10,737 bases of DNA, from positions 1-10,737 of the forward strand of contig JAYZQJ010000156.1 of the NCBI GenBank assembly GCA_036149055.1. Direction: 5' to 3'. Positions 8,132-10,737 of the stretch are shown one piece after another. Each line of letters starts with the position of its first letter. Within the stretch, counting starts at the first letter, position 1. The translations under genes and the position numbers were made by a program. The notes beneath the pieces were generated by a model. The model made no database searches. It was given only the letters and a program-made list of their open reading frames with translations, and had not been told where the DNA came from. The DNA comes from Myxococcota bacterium (lineage in GTDB: Bacteria; Myxococcota_A; Polyangia; Polyangiales; Sandaracinaceae).

Positions 8132-9055
8132 GTGCACGCTCGCCGACCTTGGCTTCGTTGGCTCCTCGCGCTGCTGTTCGCCGCGGGCGCCCTCCCTTCG
8201 GTGACCCACGCCCAGGCCGCTCGTCAGCTCGACGATCCGACCGGCCGCACGCCCGTGCGCGTCCGTCCGTCCGAGCCGGCGCCGGGCCCCGAGTACGAGA
8301 CCGCGTGGGGCTCCAGCTACGACGCCGACGTCCCGGCGCCTCCGGACGTCGCGGGCCCCGAGGAGGCCGCGCTCCAGCAGCGCCTACGCTTCCTCGACGC
8401 GTCCTTCAGCCTGCTGAGCGCGCAGGGCCCGAACTACACCAACGGCGTCATCAGCATGATCCTCGGCGGGGTCACCATCGTGCTCGGCGCGGTGTTCCTC
8501 GATCAGGGCCCGCCCTGGGATCTCTTCGCGCCGTTCATGATCGCGTCGGGCAGCGTCAGCATCCTGAGCACGCTCCTGACGGACTTCATCCTCCGGCCCA
8601 ACCCGGAGCCGGTCTCCCTCCGCTACCTCGCGATGCCGACGGGCACGCGCGCCGAGCGCCTCGCCAAGCTCGACCACGGCGAGCAGCAGCTCTCGGGCCT
8701 CGCCGAGCAGCACCTCCTGCTGCGGGTCGTCGACGCCTCCCTCGCCATGGCCGGCGCCGGCGTCTCGGTCGGCGCCTACCTCGCGCTCCGCGACAGCTCG
8801 AGGGACTTCGATCCGATCGAGCTCCTCTTCATCGCCCCCGCCGCCATCACCGTCATCGCCGCCGTCATCGGGCTCTTCAGCGAGTCCGGCGCCGAGCGCC
8901 GCTGGAGCGCCTACCAGCGCCTCGCCCGCTCCCTCGAGCCCGAGGACCGCGCGCTCCTCGAGCAGGAGCTTCGCCAGCGCGGCGAAGTCACCCTCCGCCC
9001 CCTCGCCGGCGCCTCCGGCTCCGCCGGCTTCCTCGGGGTCGCCGGCAGCTTCTGA
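8132..9055 (+). CDS. Hypothetical exported/membrane protein with about 4 hydrophobic segments and a C-terminal G-x-F motif
   Basis: 307 aa, GTG start, signal peptide ending VTHA-QA, Pro-rich linker and two hydrophobic hairpins. It ends LRPLAGASGSAGFLGVAGSF and shows strong GC3 bias in this frame. Confidence 0.75.
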   Translation: MHARRPWLRWLLALLFAAGALPSVTHAQAARQLDDPTGRTPVRVRPSEPAPGPEYETAWGSSYDADVPAPPDVAGPEEAALQQRLRFLDASFSLLSAQGPNYTNGVISMILGGVTIVLGAVFLDQGPPWDLFAPFMIASGSVSILSTLLTDFILRPNPEPVSLRYLAMPTGTRAERLAKLDHGEQQLSGLAEQHLLLRVVDASLAMAGAGVSVGAYLALRDSSRDFDPIELLFIAPAAITVIAAVIGLFSESGAERRWSAYQRLARSLEPEDRALLEQELRQRGEVTLRPLAGASGSAGFLGVAGSF

Positions 9056-9086
9056 TCCCGTCGCGGCCCCCCTCGACCCAGACCCG

Positions 9087-9209
9087 CGCTCTCGACGTCG
9101 ACGCCTTGCCCGCTGCCACTCGCAGCAAGCGAGGAAGGATCGCCGACGCTCTCGACGTCGACGCAAAATCTGGGGAGAGGGGAGGTGAGAGGCGAGGAGG
9201 AATCGCCAA
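9087..9209. repeat. Two ~60-nt tandem units with conserved ends and unrelated centres
   Basis: CGCTCTCGACGTCGACGC is exact at 9087-9104 and 9147-9164. GCGAGGAAGGATCGCC (9129-9144) matches GCGAGGAGGAATCGCC (9192-9207) at 14/16. Confidence 0.8.
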
Positions 9210-9211
9210 GC
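9175..9211. repeat. 37-nt purine-rich direct repeat, copy 1
   Basis: GAGAGGGGAGGTGAGAGGCGAGGAGGAATCGCCAAGC matches 10405-10441 at 32/37 positions without gaps. Confidence 0.85.
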
Positions 9212-9316
9212 GAGCCCGCTGCCGTGCCGGCGCCCCAGCTGCTGCCGGCACTGCTGCCGCTGCCGGCCGTTGCCCCGGCTTCAGTTCTCGAATTCTGGGC
9301 TCGGACGAGACGTGAG

Positions 9317-9615
9317 GCGGGGAGCGGGAGCGGCAGCGGAGGCGGCAGCGGGAGCGGCAACGGCGAGCAGCGGGAGTGGCAGCGGCGAGCGGCAGCGGGA
9401 GCGGCAGCGGGAGCGCCAGCGGAGGCGGCAGCGGCAGCGGGAGCGGCAACGGCGAGCAGCGGCAGCGGCGAGCGGCAGCGGGAGCGGAGGCGGCAGCGGA
9501 GGTAGAGGCGGAGGCGGCAGCGGGGAGCGCAGCGGCGGCGGGGGCGGTGGGGGAGCGGCGGCAGCGCAGCGGCGGCGGAGGTGGTGGGGGAGCGGCGGCA
9601 GCGCGGCGGCGGCAG
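9317..9615. repeat. Degenerate hexamer tandem repeat (GCGGCA/GCGGGA)n with a higher-order duplication
   Basis: Directly visible. The block GCGGCAGCGGGAGCGGCAACGGCGAGCAGCGG occurs at 9342-9373 and again at 9431-9462. The array decays to G-rich sequence after about 9520. Confidence 0.9.
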
Positions 9616-9672
9616 GAAGCCGGGGTGGGGCGCGGCCCAGGAGAGGGACGCGCCCCGAGGGTCAGGGCAGGC

Positions 9673-9996
9673 TCACTTGTCGGTGAGCTTCACGAGCGTC
9701 GCGATGATCTTGTCGAGCCGGTCGAGGATGGCGGGCTCGACCGAAGCGAGGATGCCGTCGGCGACGGCCACCTCGAGGCAAGCCACCACCTCGTTCGCGG
9801 AGCCGAGGGCGACGTGATAGCTGACCTGCCGCTTGCGACCGCGAGAGTAGGTGCCCTCTGCGATGTTGAGCGGGACGGACTTGGCGGCCTTGCGGAGCTG
9901 CCTGGCGTGGTCGGTGTCGTCGCGGCGGATCGCCTGCACGAGCGGACCGACCTCGGTGACCATGGTGACGGCGTCGCGATAGATCCTGAGCTGCAT
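9673..9996 (-). CDS. Four helix bundle protein (TIGR02436 / 23S rRNA IVS protein family, Avd-like fold)
   Basis: 107 aa with the family signature QLRKAAKSVPLNIAEG followed by YHVALGSANEVVACLEVA. N-terminal LRIYRDA, C-terminal LDKIIATLVKL, and SD GGAG 8 nt upstream of the ATG. Confidence 0.92.
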   Translation of the reverse strand: MQLRIYRDAVTMVTEVGPLVQAIRRDDTDHARQLRKAAKSVPLNIAEGTYSRGRKRQVSYHVALGSANEVVACLEVAVADGILASVEPAILDRLDKIIATLVKLTDK

Positions 9997-10078
9997 GAGC
10001 TGTTCTCCGAGTCACCGCAGCCTGGCGCGCGACCGTCGCGCGACTCGTCGGTGACGCCCCCCCACCCGCCGGCGCGCA

Positions 10079-10163
10079 GGGCGTGTCAAGGGCGAGGCGC
10101 CGCAGGCGCCGAAGCCGGCGAGCGCGCAGCGCGCAGCCGGGCCGCAGGCCCCTTTACACGCCC
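10079..10163. other. REP-like multibranch palindromic element
   Basis: Arms GGGCGTGTCAAGGG (10079-10092) and CCCTTTACACGCCC (10150-10163) are 13/14 complementary. They enclose the hairpins GGCGCC-GCA-GGCGCC, GCGC-GCA-GCGC and GGCC-GCA-GGCC. Confidence 0.75.
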
Positions 10164-10264
10164 GAGCACCGGCGTACACGGTGGGGCTCACCGACGAGGC
10201 GCCCCTCCTCATCGAGTCTGCGACCCGTTGTTGAATCGCAATATCGTTGGTCGGTCGGCGGGGG

Positions 10265-10372
<108 letters not shown>

Positions 10373-10404
10373 CCGGCGTGCTCGTTGTCTTCGCGGTATG
10401 CAGT

Positions 10405-10441
10405 GAGACGAGAGGTGGGAGGCGAGGAGGAATAGCCAGGC
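10405..10441. repeat. 37-nt purine-rich direct repeat, copy 2
   Basis: GAGACGAGAGGTGGGAGGCGAGGAGGAATAGCCAGGC, 32/37 identical to 9175-9211 (offset 1230 nt). Confidence 0.85.
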
Positions 10442-10571
10442 CTGGCCGGGACGGCCCCGCTGCGCCTCCGCTTCCCGCCGTCGCGAGCCGCTGCCGCGGC
10501 CGTCGCACGAGTTTGACGAACGAACAGGATCGTCCCCGAACCACGGGAGCGGACTCGCTGTCGGCCACGGC

Positions 10572-10645
10572 CCCGCTGCCGCACCCGCCGCACTCGCCGC
10601 CGCCGCACTCGCCGCCGACGCTGCCGCCGACGACGCCCGCCGCCC
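10572..10645. repeat. Degenerate C-rich (GCC/GCCGCA/GCCGAC) repeat tract
   Basis: CGCCGCACTCGCCGCCG occurs twice in tandem and GCCGCCGACG twice. Its composition is complementary to the G-rich array at 9317-9615. Confidence 0.6.
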
Positions 10646-10697
10646 TCCGGGCGAGGAGGCCGCTGAGCTGGGCAGACACCGAGAGCGTTCCGCCTCC

Positions 10698-10737
10698 TCA
10701 GACCCAACTGAAGCCGTCCTGCCGACCAAACTGGCGG
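10698..10737 (-). CDS. Possible 3' end of a gene entering from the right edge (...RQFGRQDGFSWV*)
   Basis: An open minus-strand frame ends in TGA at 10698-10700. Only 12 codons are visible, so the support is weak. Confidence 0.2.
   Translation of the reverse strand, partial: RQFGRQDGFSWV

Noticed and set aside
9087..9209. CRISPR array
   Set aside because: There is only one full unit plus two half units, the spacers are short, and there is no leader or cas gene in the window. Kept only as a repeat finding.
7285..9315. 676-aa plus-strand ORF and the other Arg/Pro-rich overlapping ORFs (e.g. 144-899, 781-1359, 2290-3741, 3820-4728)
   Set aside because: They are off-frame or antisense to well-supported genes and have low-complexity R/P/G/A composition.
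9673..9996. 23S rRNA intervening sequence
   Set aside because: The flanks show no rRNA sequence. The family name does not imply an rRNA location.
10084..10182. Divergent sigma70 promoters from TTGACA (minus, 10089-10084) and TTTACA (plus, 10153-10158)
   Set aside because: No acceptable -10 box follows the minus-strand hexamer, and only weak candidates (TACACG, CACGGT) follow the plus-strand one. The hexamers are better explained as arms of the inverted repeat, though weak promoter activity is not excluded.

Overview
Very GC-rich bacterial DNA, probably from a myxobacterium such as Sandaracinaceae/Polyangiales (inferred from protein style only). Bases 1-9055 hold seven genes, mostly cell-envelope related. 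These are four minus-strand predicted lipoproteins (a C2-like one missed by the ORF track and running off the left edge, one with a Cys-rich CDDGG tail, a 1103-aa lipase-like alpha/beta-hydrolase, and one with two PPC-like modules), a GatB/YqeY protein, a YqiJ/NfeD-like membrane protein and an exported membrane protein. The most unusual part is about 9060-10690: a lone four-helix-bundle (TIGR02436/IVS-protein/Avd-like) gene set in about 1.3 kb of structured non-coding DNA. That DNA contains a different hexamer microsatellite on each side, a 37-nt direct repeat bracketing the unit, a 14-bp inverted repeat enclosing three C-GCA-G triloop hairpins, and a short repeat-spacer-repeat stretch. No reverse transcriptase, transposase, cas gene or RNA gene is visible. 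The cassette may be a non-autonomous mobile or structured-nucleic-acid element, but this is inference.
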